Shown piece after piece: positions 52,307-63,400 of a stretch of DNA of 64,000 nucleotides. Positions within the stretch are counted from its first letter, which is position 1. Every line of letters starts with the position of its first letter. Position numbers and translations under genes: made by a program. The notes under the pieces are model-generated. The model did no database searches. It worked only from the letters and a program-made list of their open reading frames with translations, and was not told the DNA's origin. The stretch is from Pelagibacterales bacterium SAG-MED31 (GTDB lineage: Bacteria; Pseudomonadota; Alphaproteobacteria; HIMB59; GCA-002718135), in assembly GCA_014653715.1 (NCBI GenBank), contig JACWEB010000002.1, positions 4,717-68,716 on the forward strand, written 5' to 3'.

Positions 52307-53704
52307 ATGGCAGATTTTGATTTGATCGTTATTGGTGCTGGACCAGGGGGATATGTTGCTGCAATAAGAGCTGCTCAATTGGGAATGAAAGTTGCTTGTG
52401 TAGAAAAAGAAAAAACACTTGGCGGTACTTGCCTAAACATTGGCTGTATTCCTTCCAAAGCTCTATTAAACTCATCAGAAAAATTTACAGAAATCTCCAA
52501 GCATGCAGAAGAGCACGGGATCTCTACTGGCAAAGTCGCTTTAGATTTAACAAAATTGATGCAACGTAAAAACAAAATTGTAAAACAATTAACTTCAGGA
52601 ATTGGTTTTTTATTTAAAAAAAATAAAATCACACACCTTCAAGGATTAGCCTCTTTTGTTGATAAAAAAACAATACAAGTATCTTCCAGTGATGGAGAAA
52701 AAAAATATTCAGCAACAAACTTTATTATTGCAACTGGATCTACCTCTATTGCAATTGACGCGATACCTATTGATGAAAAACAGATTGTAACATCAACTGG
52801 AGTATTAGCATTAGAAGAGGTACCAAAATCACTTCTAGTTATTGGTGGAGGATATATTGGTTTAGAGATGGGTTCGGTGTGGAGTAGACTTGGGTCTAAG
52901 GTAACAGTTGTAGAGGCTCTTGATAGAATTGTGCCAACAATGGATGAAGAGATTGCTAAAGAATTTATGAAGTCGCTTAAAAAACAAGGGTTAGAATTTA
53001 AACTTTCGCATAAAGTAACATCGACTAAGGTAAGTAAGTCTGGTGTCGATGTGTCAATGGAGTCAGCAGAAAAAAAACAAATCACAGAACAATATGATGT
53101 AGTGTTGATGTCTGTTGGACGTAAACCAAATACTGAAGGATTGAATTTAGAAGGTATTGGGATAAAATTAAATGAAAAAAAATCAATTGAGATCAATAAA
53201 AAATTTAAAACAAATATTGAAGGAATATTTGCAATTGGTGACGTAGCACCAGGTCCTATGTTAGCGCATAAGGCTGAAGAAGAAGGGGTTGCATGTGTTG
53301 AATTTATCAATGGTCAAAAGCCACACCTTAACTATGATATTATTCCAGCAATCGTTTACACTAATCCAGAAGTTGCTTCTGTTGGAAAAACTGAGAACCA
53401 ACTAAAAGACTCAAAAATTGATTATAAGGTTGGTAAGTTTCCTTTTATGGCGAATGGTAGAGCATTAACAACATCATCTACTGAGGGTTTTGTTAAAATT
53501 TTAGCAGATACTAAAACAGATGAGATTTTAGGCGCACATATTATTGGTCACGATGCTGGACAATTAATTGCAGAAATAGTGACAACTATGGAATTTGGTG
53601 GAAGTTCTGAAGATATTGCCCGTATTTGCCATGCGCATCCTACAACCAGTGAGGCTGTGAAAGAAGCTGCGATGAATATTGAAGGTAGAGCTATTCATAT
53701 ATAA
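52307..53704 (+). CDS. lpdA: Dihydrolipoamide dehydrogenase
   Basis: GGTCLNIGCIPSK, MLAHKA and HAHPT motifs. Confidence 0.98.
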   Translation: MADFDLIVIGAGPGGYVAAIRAAQLGMKVACVEKEKTLGGTCLNIGCIPSKALLNSSEKFTEISKHAEEHGISTGKVALDLTKLMQRKNKIVKQLTSGIGFLFKKNKITHLQGLASFVDKKTIQVSSSDGEKKYSATNFIIATGSTSIAIDAIPIDEKQIVTSTGVLALEEVPKSLLVIGGGYIGLEMGSVWSRLGSKVTVVEALDRIVPTMDEEIAKEFMKSLKKQGLEFKLSHKVTSTKVSKSGVDVSMESAEKKQITEQYDVVLMSVGRKPNTEGLNLEGIGIKLNEKKSIEINKKFKTNIEGIFAIGDVAPGPMLAHKAEEEGVACVEFINGQKPHLNYDIIPAIVYTNPEVASVGKTENQLKDSKIDYKVGKFPFMANGRALTTSSTEGFVKILADTKTDEILGAHIIGHDAGQLIAEIVTTMEFGGSSEDIARICHAHPTTSEAVKEAAMNIEGRAIHI

Positions 53705-53761
53705 ATTTCTCACTATATTATAAATAATTACTATTAATTACTTGTTAATTTTAATAATATT

Positions 53762-53801
53762 CTGGATATTTCCAGTAAAATATTATTAAAAGAATAATAT
53801 T
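53762..53801. promoter_or_regulatory. Inverted repeats upstream of the polyamine operon (candidate operator)
   Basis: CTGGA-TATT-TCCAG (53762-53775) and AATATTATT-N5-AATAATATT (53779-53801). Confidence 0.4.
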
Positions 53802-53817
53802 AATGAACGGAGGAAAT

Positions 53818-54987
53818 ATGAAAAAATTAACTTTTGTTAGTCTAATTATCTCTCTTTTTTCTTTCTCTATAAATGCAGCTCCACTCCAATCACTTGGAGA
53901 GGGTGAAGGCGAATTAAACGTAGTAGCTTGGGCTGGATATTTAGAGAGAGGTGAAACAATGGAAGCTTTTGATTGGGTCACTGGATATGAAAATAATACG
54001 GGATGTAAGGTTAATATAAAAACAGCAGGAACATCTGATGAGATGGTTGCCCTTATGAATGAGGGTGGATTTGATATTGTAACAGCATCTGGCGATGCAA
54101 GCTTACGACTAATTGCAGGCGAAACTGTTCAAGAAATTAACACAGATCTTATTCCAAGTTGGGATACTATTGATTCAAGGTTACAAAACGCTGAATGGCA
54201 TACAGTTGATGGCAAACATTATGGCACCCCATACATGTGGGGTTCGAATGTATTAATGTACAATACAAATGTAATAACAGAAGCGCCAACAAGTTGGAAC
54301 TTAGTATTTGAAGAACAGACTTTGTCTGATGGTAAATCAAACAAAGATAGAGTTCAAGCTTTTGATGGCCCTATACATATAGCTGATGCAGCAATGTATT
54401 TAATGTATCATCAACCAGAGTTAGGAATTAAGGATCCATATGAATTAACAAATGAACAGTATCAAGCTTCATTAAATTTATTAAGACAACAAAGAGAACT
54501 TGTAGGAAGATATTGGCATGATGCTTTTATGCAAATTGATGATTTTACAAATGAAGGATTTGTTGCTTCAGGATCATGGCCATTCCAAGTAAATCTTTTA
54601 ATAGGTGCAGAGCAACCTATAGCTAGTGTAATACCTCAAGAAGGTGCAACAGGTTGGGCTGACACTACAATGGTACACGCTGACTCAAAAAATGTAAATT
54701 GTGCATATATGTGGATGGAACATCAACTAAGCTCAAATTTACAGAGTGATTTAGGTGTTTGGTTTGGTGCTGTTCCTTCAGTTCCATCTAAATGTGGAAC
54801 TGGTTTAATGGATCCAGCTGCAGGTATTTATCAAGAAGGTCAAGATGCTTGTAAAATAAATGGTATTGATAATTTTGATAAAATTTATTTTTGGAAAACA
54901 CCAGTATCAAAATGTGATACACAAGAAAGTTGTATACCTTATTATAAATGGGTAACTGACTATATTGCTGTATTAGGTGGTCGTTAA
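53818..54987 (+). CDS. Polyamine ABC transporter substrate-binding protein (YdcS/PotD-like)
   Basis: Signal peptide; TSDEMV, DIVTASGDASLRLI and EGATGWADT motifs; GGAGG SD before ATG 53818. Confidence 0.92.
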   Translation: MKKLTFVSLIISLFSFSINAAPLQSLGEGEGELNVVAWAGYLERGETMEAFDWVTGYENNTGCKVNIKTAGTSDEMVALMNEGGFDIVTASGDASLRLIAGETVQEINTDLIPSWDTIDSRLQNAEWHTVDGKHYGTPYMWGSNVLMYNTNVITEAPTSWNLVFEEQTLSDGKSNKDRVQAFDGPIHIADAAMYLMYHQPELGIKDPYELTNEQYQASLNLLRQQRELVGRYWHDAFMQIDDFTNEGFVASGSWPFQVNLLIGAEQPIASVIPQEGATGWADTTMVHADSKNVNCAYMWMEHQLSSNLQSDLGVWFGAVPSVPSKCGTGLMDPAAGIYQEGQDACKINGIDNFDKIYFWKTPVSKCDTQESCIPYYKWVTDYIAVLGGR

Positions 54988-55000
54988 AAAATTAAATTTT

Positions 55001-55029
55001 TGGCGGGAAATATTAATTATCTCCCGCCA
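55001..55029 (+). terminator. Intra-operon hairpin after the binding-protein gene
   Basis: TGGCGGGA...TCCCGCCA 8-bp GC stem with a weak U-tract; may act as an mRNA stabiliser or attenuator. Confidence 0.65.
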
Positions 55030-55048
55030 TTAAATCCTAAAACAATTT

Positions 55049-56050
55049 ATGATTAAAGCTCTCGAATTAAAAAACATTAATAAGAAATTTAATGAGACTG
55101 TTGCATTAAATAACATACAGTTAGAAATTAATGACGGAGAGTTTTTTTCCTTATTAGGCCCTTCTGGATCTGGTAAGACTACATGTTTAAAAGTAATTGG
55201 TGGCTTTGAAAATCCAGACTCAGGTTTTGTAAGGTTGTTTAATAAAGATGTTACACAAATTCCCCCTTTTAAAAGAGATGTTAATACTGTTTTTCAAGAT
55301 TATGCTCTTTTTCCACATATGAATGTTGAAGAAAATGTTAGTTACAGTCTTAAAATAAAAAAAATTCCAAAACACCAACAAGCTGATCAAGTTGAAGAAA
55401 TTCTTTCAATGGTAAAGCTTAACGGATATGAAAAAAGGAAACCAAGTGAGCTTTCTGGTGGTCAAAGACAAAGAGTTGCTTTAGCTCGATCACTAATAAA
55501 TAAACCAAAAATTCTTTTATTAGATGAGCCTTTAGGAGCTCTTGACTTAAAGTTAAGAGAACAAATGCAAGTTGAGCTTAAAAATCTCCAACGTCAATTT
55601 CAAATTACATTTATCTACGTAACTCATGATCAGCAAGAAGCACTTAGTATGAGTGATAGAATTGCAATCTTTAACAATGGAAAAATAGAGCAGGTTGATA
55701 CTCCTGATAATATTTATATGAAACCAAAAACTGCATTTGTAGCAGATTTTATAGGCACAACTTCTATTGTCTCAAAAAAATTAGCTTCAAAATTTTTTAA
55801 TTATAATTCTGCATTTTCTATAAGACCAGAAAATATTTTAATTGATAACAATCAAAATGATTTTAGTGTTGAAGTTGTTGTGACTGATATTCAGTTTCAA
55901 GGATCATATTATAAAATATTATGCAAAATGAATGATCTTGGATTAACGGCATTGCACTATGTAGAAAAGCAAAATACATTTGAAGTTAAGCTAGGTGATA
56001 CTCTTAATTTATCATGGAGTAAATTAGATATTACAAATATAAATGACTAG
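55049..56050 (+). CDS. Polyamine ABC transporter ATPase (PotA/YdcT-like)
   Basis: GPSGSGKT, VFQDYALFPHM, LSGGQRQR and LLLDEP motifs. Confidence 0.95.
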   Translation: MIKALELKNINKKFNETVALNNIQLEINDGEFFSLLGPSGSGKTTCLKVIGGFENPDSGFVRLFNKDVTQIPPFKRDVNTVFQDYALFPHMNVEENVSYSLKIKKIPKHQQADQVEEILSMVKLNGYEKRKPSELSGGQRQRVALARSLINKPKILLLDEPLGALDLKLREQMQVELKNLQRQFQITFIYVTHDQQEALSMSDRIAIFNNGKIEQVDTPDNIYMKPKTAFVADFIGTTSIVSKKLASKFFNYNSAFSIRPENILIDNNQNDFSVEVVVTDIQFQGSYYKILCKMNDLGLTALHYVEKQNTFEVKLGDTLNLSWSKLDITNIND

Positions 56051-56960
56051 TACATTTGATAATTTATCAAACTATTTATATCGTAATAAACACATTCTAC
56101 TTTTGTTATTTTTATTACCACCACTATTGTGGCTTGGAATAATTTATCTTGGTTCATTGATTGTTTTTTTGTTTCATTCACTTTTTTATCTTGATGGTTT
56201 TACAGGTAAAGTTGTCTATAAAATTTCATTAAGTACAATAATCGAACTCTTTAGCTCTCCAGCTAATATTGATATCTTAATTAGGACAGTTGTCTTAGCA
56301 TCTGTAGTTTCTATAGGTGCTGCAATTATTGGATTTCCTATTGCTTATTACATGGCAAAATATACGACACCAAAAATAAAAATATTTTTTTATTTAGCAA
56401 TTATGCTTCCTTTATGGTCTAGTTATTTGGTTAGAGTTTATTCCTGGAAACTTATACTTGCAAAAGAAGGTATTATAAGTTGGTTTTTTGCAAAATTACA
56501 TTTGTCATGGATTTTAGAAGCAATTTTAGCCCTTCCAGTTATTGGTGGCCCATCCTTATCTATATCCTATCTCGGTATGTTTTTAGTATTTACATATATT
56601 TGGCTTCCATTTATGATTTTACCAATTCAAGCCTCACTAGAGAGAGTGCCAAACACATTAATTAATGCAAGCTATGATTTAGGAGCAACTAAAGGACAAA
56701 CATTCTTCAAAGTAATATTACCACTTGCTCTGCCAGGTATAGCAGCAGGATCAATATTTACTTTTTCCTTAACCTTAGGAGATTATATAATTCCTTACAT
56801 AATTGGCACTTCAAAATTTTTTATTGGACAAGCAGTTTATACGCATCAAGGAACAGCAGGCAATATACCACTTGCTGCAGCTTTCTCTTTAGTCCCAATA
56901 GCAGTAATGACTGTGTATATTTATTTTGCAAAAAAATTAGGAGCCTTCAGTGCTCTTTAA
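56043..56960 (+). CDS. Polyamine ABC transporter permease (PotB/YdcU-like)
   Basis: PLWSSYLVR and an EAA-like NASYDLGA loop. Confidence 0.92.
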   Translation: MTSTFDNLSNYLYRNKHILLLLFLLPPLLWLGIIYLGSLIVFLFHSLFYLDGFTGKVVYKISLSTIIELFSSPANIDILIRTVVLASVVSIGAAIIGFPIAYYMAKYTTPKIKIFFYLAIMLPLWSSYLVRVYSWKLILAKEGIISWFFAKLHLSWILEAILALPVIGGPSLSISYLGMFLVFTYIWLPFMILPIQASLERVPNTLINASYDLGATKGQTFFKVILPLALPGIAAGSIFTFSLTLGDYIIPYIIGTSKFFIGQAVYTHQGTAGNIPLAAAFSLVPIAVMTVYIYFAKKLGAFSAL

Positions 56961-57774
56961 AAAAAATAAAAATTTAAATCAAGCATCTTTAGGTCTTAAG
57001 CTTGGAGCAATTTTTGGAATTTTATTTTTACATGTTCCTCTTTTTTTAATTATTCTATATGCATTTACTACGGAAGATAAATCATATCAATTTCCCCCTC
57101 CTGGATATACTTTAAAATGGTTTTCAATTGCTTTAGGGAGAGAGGATATTTGGAGTGCAGTAAGCTTGTCTCTTCAAGTTGCTGTAATCTCAACATTTGC
57201 TGCTATAATTTTAGGTACTTTAGCAGCAGCAGCACTCTTCAAAGCAAGTTTTTTTGGAAGAGACTATATTACTCTTTTGATTATTTTACCAATTGCACTG
57301 CCAGGAATCATTACAGGTATATCTTTACGTAGTGCTTTTGGGGTAGCTGGTATTCCTTTTAGTACATGGACAATAATTATCGGTCATGCAACGTTCTGTA
57401 TGGTAGTAGTCTATAATAATGTGGTAGCAAGATTAAGAAGAAGCTCACCAAATCTTATACAAGCGTCAATGGATTTAGGTGCTAATAATTTGCAAACTTT
57501 TTTTTATGTTATATTGCCAAATTTAGGTACCGCTATTTTGGCAGGGGGTATGTTAGCATTTGCATTATCATTTGATGAAGTAATTGTTACTACTTTTACT
57601 GCAGGTCAACAAACAACTTTACCAATATGGATGCTATCTGAACTTATAAGACCAAGGCAGAGACCTATAACGAATGTTGTTGCAGTTTTTATAATTTGTA
57701 TTACCTTTATTCCTATTTTATATGCCAGTTATATGACGCGAAATACAACAGATGATGAAGGTTCATCAAAGTAA
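56950..57774 (+). CDS. Polyamine ABC transporter permease (PotC/YdcV-like)
   Basis: PIALPGIITG, QASMDLGA and FALSFDE motifs. Confidence 0.92.
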   Translation: MLFKKNKNLNQASLGLKLGAIFGILFLHVPLFLIILYAFTTEDKSYQFPPPGYTLKWFSIALGREDIWSAVSLSLQVAVISTFAAIILGTLAAAALFKASFFGRDYITLLIILPIALPGIITGISLRSAFGVAGIPFSTWTIIIGHATFCMVVVYNNVVARLRRSSPNLIQASMDLGANNLQTFFYVILPNLGTAILAGGMLAFALSFDEVIVTTFTAGQQTTLPIWMLSELIRPRQRPITNVVAVFIICITFIPILYASYMTRNTTDDEGSSK

Positions 57775-57786
57775 TTAGGAGGAGTA

Positions 57787-59214
57787 ATGAAAACAAATAT
57801 TTTAATTAACAATCAATTAATACAAGGAGATTCTGCTCCAGAAAAAATAATTAATCCTGTAAACTCAGAATTGATAGTAGAGGTTCCACAATCAAGCACA
57901 GAGCAAGTTGATAAAGCTGTAGCAGCTGCTAAAAAAGCTTTTGTAACATGGTCAAAAACTACTCCTGGTGAACGGTCTGGCATGCTATTAAAATTAGCTG
58001 ATCTAATTGATAGTAAAGCAGAAGAAATTGCAAATCTAGAGTCACTTAATACAGGTAAACCATTTCATTTAGCATTGAATGATGAATTACCAGCAATCTC
58101 TGATGTATTTAGATTTTATGCAGGGGCATGTAGAAATATGCCAGGTGCTGCAGCTGGTGAATATATGGCAGGTTTTACAAGTATGATAAGAAGAGATCCT
58201 GTAGGAATAATTGCTTCTATAGCACCATGGAATTACCCTTTAATGATGGCTGCATGGAAATTAGGACCAGCATTAGCAGCAGGTAACACAGTTGTTCTTA
58301 AGCCATCAGAACAAACTCCTCTTACTACTTTTTTTATTGCAGAACTTTTAGCTGAAGTGTTCCCTGAAGGTGTAGTTAATATTGTTTATGGCATAGGTGA
58401 AACAGTTGGCTCATCGCTTATTAATCACAGTGATGTAAATATGATTTCACTTACAGGTGATATCGCTACTGGATCTAAAGTTCTTGAAGCAGCAAGTAAG
58501 AGTATCAAAAAGACGCATCTTGAATTAGGAGGTAAAGCTCCTGTAATTGTATATGATGATGCAGACATTGAGCAACTGGTTGAAGGAATAAGAGCCTTTG
58601 GATATTACAATGCTGGACAAGATTGTACTGCTGCTTGTAGAATTTTTGCTGATAAAAAAGTTTATGATAAAGTTGTATCTGATTTATCTTCTGCTGTATC
58701 AACAATTGGTTTGGCAAATAATGAAGATGAAAAGAATGAAATTCCACCACTAATAACTAAAGAACATTTAGAAAGGGTGTCAAATTTTGTTGAATCTGCA
58801 AAATCATTAAAACATATTGAGATTACAACAGGGGGATCTACTATTGGCGACAAAGGAAATTTTTATAAACCAACAGTAATTGCAGGAGCTAATCATGATG
58901 ATGACATTGCAAAAAATGAAGTTTTTGGACCCGTTGTATCCATTACACCTTTTAATAATGTTGAAGATGCAGTGAATTGGGCTAATGACACTAAATATGG
59001 GTTAGCATCATCAGTGTGGACTAAAGATATTAAAAAAGGAATGAAAACAGCAGCTCAATTGCAGTATGGTTGTACATGGGTAAATACACACTTTATGTTA
59101 ACAACTGAGATGCCACATGGGGGAGTAAAATCTTCTGGTTATGGAAAAGATTTATCCTCATTTGCATTAGAAGATTATACTAACATCAGACATGTAATGG
59201 TCAATATTGAGTAA
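57787..59214 (+). CDS. patD: Gamma-aminobutyraldehyde dehydrogenase (PatD/YdcW-like)
   Basis: [25 protein letters not shown] and YGKDLS motifs; follows a ydcSTUV-type transporter. Confidence 0.9.
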   Translation: MKTNILINNQLIQGDSAPEKIINPVNSELIVEVPQSSTEQVDKAVAAAKKAFVTWSKTTPGERSGMLLKLADLIDSKAEEIANLESLNTGKPFHLALNDELPAISDVFRFYAGACRNMPGAAAGEYMAGFTSMIRRDPVGIIASIAPWNYPLMMAAWKLGPALAAGNTVVLKPSEQTPLTTFFIAELLAEVFPEGVVNIVYGIGETVGSSLINHSDVNMISLTGDIATGSKVLEAASKSIKKTHLELGGKAPVIVYDDADIEQLVEGIRAFGYYNAGQDCTAACRIFADKKVYDKVVSDLSSAVSTIGLANNEDEKNEIPPLITKEHLERVSNFVESAKSLKHIEITTGGSTIGDKGNFYKPTVIAGANHDDDIAKNEVFGPVVSITPFNNVEDAVNWANDTKYGLASSVWTKDIKKGMKTAAQLQYGCTWVNTHFMLTTEMPHGGVKSSGYGKDLSSFALEDYTNIRHVMVNIE

Positions 59215-59302
59215 GTTTTTTTAAAAATAATTTTAGCTATAAATTTTATTAATTTTTAATCTTTATTTTAATTTTAAAAAAGATACTGACCCATTATTTT
59301 TA

Positions 59303-60454
59303 ATGGAATATAAAAAAATTTATTTTAAAGCGCTAGCATCATGTATGCAAAATGCTTACATATTTTTTTTTACCTTAGGCATATACTTTGTTTATATTCC
59401 TTGGAATTTAGAGCGCTTGCAACTAGTAGAAACTGACTTAGGTCTATGGCTTTTTATATTTGGTATTGTTAATCTAATTAGTAATCAATTAACTGGTAGG
59501 ATAATTGTTCCTAAAATTGGAAGTAAAAATATTATTATGATTGGCACAACTATTATAGCTTTCTGCCCTTACTTATTAGTAAAAGCAGATACATATTTGA
59601 GTTTTATGCTTGTCGCCTTACCTTTTGGTGCTTCAGTTGGTTTTGTTATTCCTAGCAATCAAACACAAATATCGAATATAGAGAGCAAAACAAATAAGAT
59701 TTATACCCCTATGTACCAAGCATTTTTTAGTGCAGGTTCTTTATCTGGTGCCCTGATGGCAGCCTATGTAATTAGAAATGATATTCATCCCGAAACAACT
59801 TTTAGTGTGATGGCAGTTTTGATTTTATTTTCGGTTGTTGTAATCTATTTTTTAGGACTACCCAGAAAAGAAGACTGTAATGACTCTATAAGTAAATTTC
59901 AGTTTCCAAAAAAACAAGTTTTAATTTTTGGTATATTATTGATGTTTAACTTTGCAACAATTGGTATCATTATTGATTGGTCCTCTCTGTGGCTTACAAA
60001 AGATTTATTAGCACCTTTATTTTTAGGTGGACTTGTAATAGTATTTTTTAATGCTGGTGAAATAGTAGCAAGACTATCAGCAAGTATCTTCATCAAATAT
60101 CTAGGAGAAAAAGTTGTAGGCGGATATCTTTCAGTAATTGGATCATCAATTCTCTTTATATGTATATTAACTACAAATTTATATTTCATAATTCCAGCAT
60201 TAGTGATTTTTGGTTTATTTACTGCAAATTTTGGTGCGATAGTTATTCGACAAGCTATTAAAGCATCAACTGATTCAATCTCTCTTACTGTGTCTAATAT
60301 AACAACACTTGGTTTTTCAGGATTTATTTTTGGTCCAGCTATTGTTGGTTATACTGCACAATATTTAGGTTTAACTTTTAATATGTATGTTCTTTGTACA
60401 ATATGGGGATTTAATGGAATTTGTTTAATTTTTTTGATGAAAAAAAAATATTAG
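59303..60454 (+). CDS. MFS transporter
   Basis: About 12 TM helices; DWSSLWL and FIFGPAIVG motifs. Confidence 0.85.
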   Translation: MEYKKIYFKALASCMQNAYIFFFTLGIYFVYIPWNLERLQLVETDLGLWLFIFGIVNLISNQLTGRIIVPKIGSKNIIMIGTTIIAFCPYLLVKADTYLSFMLVALPFGASVGFVIPSNQTQISNIESKTNKIYTPMYQAFFSAGSLSGALMAAYVIRNDIHPETTFSVMAVLILFSVVVIYFLGLPRKEDCNDSISKFQFPKKQVLIFGILLMFNFATIGIIIDWSSLWLTKDLLAPLFLGGLVIVFFNAGEIVARLSASIFIKYLGEKVVGGYLSVIGSSILFICILTTNLYFIIPALVIFGLFTANFGAIVIRQAIKASTDSISLTVSNITTLGFSGFIFGPAIVGYTAQYLGLTFNMYVLCTIWGFNGICLIFLMKKKY

Positions 60455-60481
60455 AATTAAAACTAAATTAGTATTTAAACT

Positions 60482-63400
60482 CTAAAAACTTTTTGAAATA
60501 CTAATACCAACAGTACTTTCAAAACTAACAGTTAGGCTATTTTGTAATTCTATATTATAGTTTAAACCCCAACCAGTATCGAATTGCTTATCATATTGGA
60601 TTGAAAATTGTGAAATACCATCACTTGCAGAATTAGAATTAAAACTAAGTTCTGCATTTTTTTTCATTAAGTAAGATCCAGCAAAATTTATCGTGTTAAT
60701 GTTGCCACCATCAATTTGTTCATTCCGTTCAAAGCTCCCAGAATAGAACCAGTTTTTGCCAATATCTAAATCCGCCCCAATACTGATTCTGTAATTATCT
60801 GAATTTTCGTTAACTCCTTTGTAAGTATAATTTGTATTGGGGTATGCTGTATAATAAGAAACTATTGTATCATTAGAATAAACACTTCCTTTTCCATACT
60901 CAAGTCGACCAAAAGGTTTAAGTTTATAATTATTTATTTCTAAAGAATTATTTACAAGAAAACCAAAAGAAGATTTGGCAGTTTCAACTTTCATCTGGTT
61001 ATATTTTAAGGCTGAAATTTTTCCACTATCCAAGTATTCATCTAAAATTGTGTACCCTAAATCTATTCTTCCATAAGGAAATATTTGCAAATCTTTTTTA
61101 ATAAATTCACCCCCATAAACAAACGATCCAAAAATTTGCTTACCATTTCTGTTACCATTAAGATTCCCCGCAGTATGATTACGTCTTGAATCAATTTTTA
61201 GTCCACTAATACCAATATGAGTATCTATAAAAGTATTATTATTAAACGGAAGAGTTGCATAAGTGGACAAGCTAAACATGTCCGTTTTTAGATTAGTTTC
61301 TGAGGTTCCAATATCAACATTATCATGACCTACCCTAAAAGCAAAACCATACATTTTTTTATCACTTACTTTTTTATCAATACCAATAGTAATACCGGTT
61401 GTTTGAATTGCCTGAAGTGAAGCAAGTGAAGTATTATCTTTCTCACCTAAAGACACTGTTCCCTCACTCCAAAAAGCCCAATTATTATGAAATAAATTTT
61501 TAGTTTTATTTATATATTTATCAAAAGTGAATGCAGTGGCAATTTCTGTAAATGTTTCATCCCTAAATATAAATTTTATTCCTTGTTCAGATAAATTATT
61601 AACATCTCTGTTCCTCCTCAACCACTCCATTCTATTTAATACTGCAAAAGATGATTGTTCTATAAAACGTTTAGAAATTTCTCTTTGAGCATCTATTATC
61701 GCAACTACATCTTTTTCATTAAATGGATTTTCTAAATCTTGTTTTAAAAACTCTGCAGTAAAGGTTTTACTTGATGCTGGAATAACATTATTCGCAGAGT
61801 CTTCTACCGTCGCACCTATTGAAGCATATATTTTTTGAGCACTAGTAAAATTACTAACAGGATCAATGGTAATAATTGTTTTGGCTGAGTTAATTGTTGC
61901 AACAAAAGGAATATCCACACCATTTTCATCTGTGTCTTTTAATGTCATCAAACTTCCAACATTAGAATCAGTTAGAGCTGAGTCATCTAAATTTCGAACT
62001 GCTTCACTAAAAGTAAAAGTAATATCGGAATTAACAGCAATAGATGCGGTAATAACAGCTTCAATTTCTACAGTAGGTGGTAGTTTGTCTGCAGCTGTAA
62101 AAGTAGCTGATGTTGCACTAATGGCATTACCATACGAATCTTCAACTGTTGCTCCTATTGCCACATAAACTGTTTGTTCACTTGAAATATCATTTACTAA
62201 ATCAATGGTAATTTCTGTTTTATCAGAATTAATAGTAGCATCAAAAGCAATTTCAGCCCCACTTGAATTGCTGTCCTTTAGAGTTATTAAGCTATCAATA
62301 TTTGTATTATTAATACTAGAATTATCAAGTAATCTTACCTCCTCATCAAAACTGATAATTATATCAGTATCGAGAGGAACTAATGTTGATCCATCTGCAG
62401 GATCAAATTGAACAACTGGAGCTGTTGAATCAGTGACACTAAAGGTTCCTGATGTCGCTGACATTGAGTTATTTGATGCATCTTCAAGGGCTTGTATTTC
62501 TACACGCACAAACCTACCGCTTGTAAAATTTGCATCAGGGTTAATGGTTATAACTTTCTTGTCTGAATCAATAGTTGCCGTAAAAGCAATAGGTGTATTA
62601 TCTGATACATACTCAAGTGTAATTAAATTTCCAACATTTGAATTTGTTATTTCAGAGTCATCTGGATTTCTTACAGCTTCATTAAATGTTAGGGTAACAT
62701 TTGCAGTAATAGGTATTCCTGTGGCAGTATCAGCAGGATCAAAAGTTACTAAAGGTGCTGTAGAATCTGCAGCTGTAAAAGTTATGGAACTCGCACTAAT
62801 AGCATTGTCTGATTTGTCTTCTACTGTTGCTCCAATTGCCACATAGACAACTTGTTCACTCGAAAAACTATTATCTGGGGATATGGTAATTAATTGTTTT
62901 GCTGAATCTATTACTGCTTCAAAACTAATATTTGATCCATTCGCATTAGTTTCTTTTAGAGTAATTAGACTATCAACATTAGCATCTGTTATAGATGTAT
63001 CATCAATATTTCGAACCAATTCATCAAAAGCAATTGTTATATCAGAATTAACAGCAATACCAGTCTCCGCGTCAGCTGGACTAAAAGTTACTGTGGGTGG
63101 TGTTGAGTCAGCGGCTGTAAAGATAATATCACTGGCTGTTATCGCATTATCAGAAGAGTCTTCTACAGTAGCCCCAATTGCTACATAGATAACTTGCTCA
63201 CTAGAAAAGTTACTATCTGGATTTATCGTAATAATTTTTTTATCAGAGTCGATAGTAGCATCAAAATTAATGTCATCTCCATCCTCATCTGTATCTTTTA
63301 GTGTTATTAAACTATCGACATTTGAGTCTGTTAATGCTGAATCATTAGTATTTCTTACTGCTTCATTAAAAGTTAGCGTAATATTTGAACTAACGGTTAC

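Noticed and set aside
52639..53310. Long antisense ORFs (223 aa in lpdA; others in folD, acnA, sucB, mdh and the autotransporter)
   Set aside because: Shadow frames opposite well-conserved genes, caused by codon bias; no motifs or SDs.
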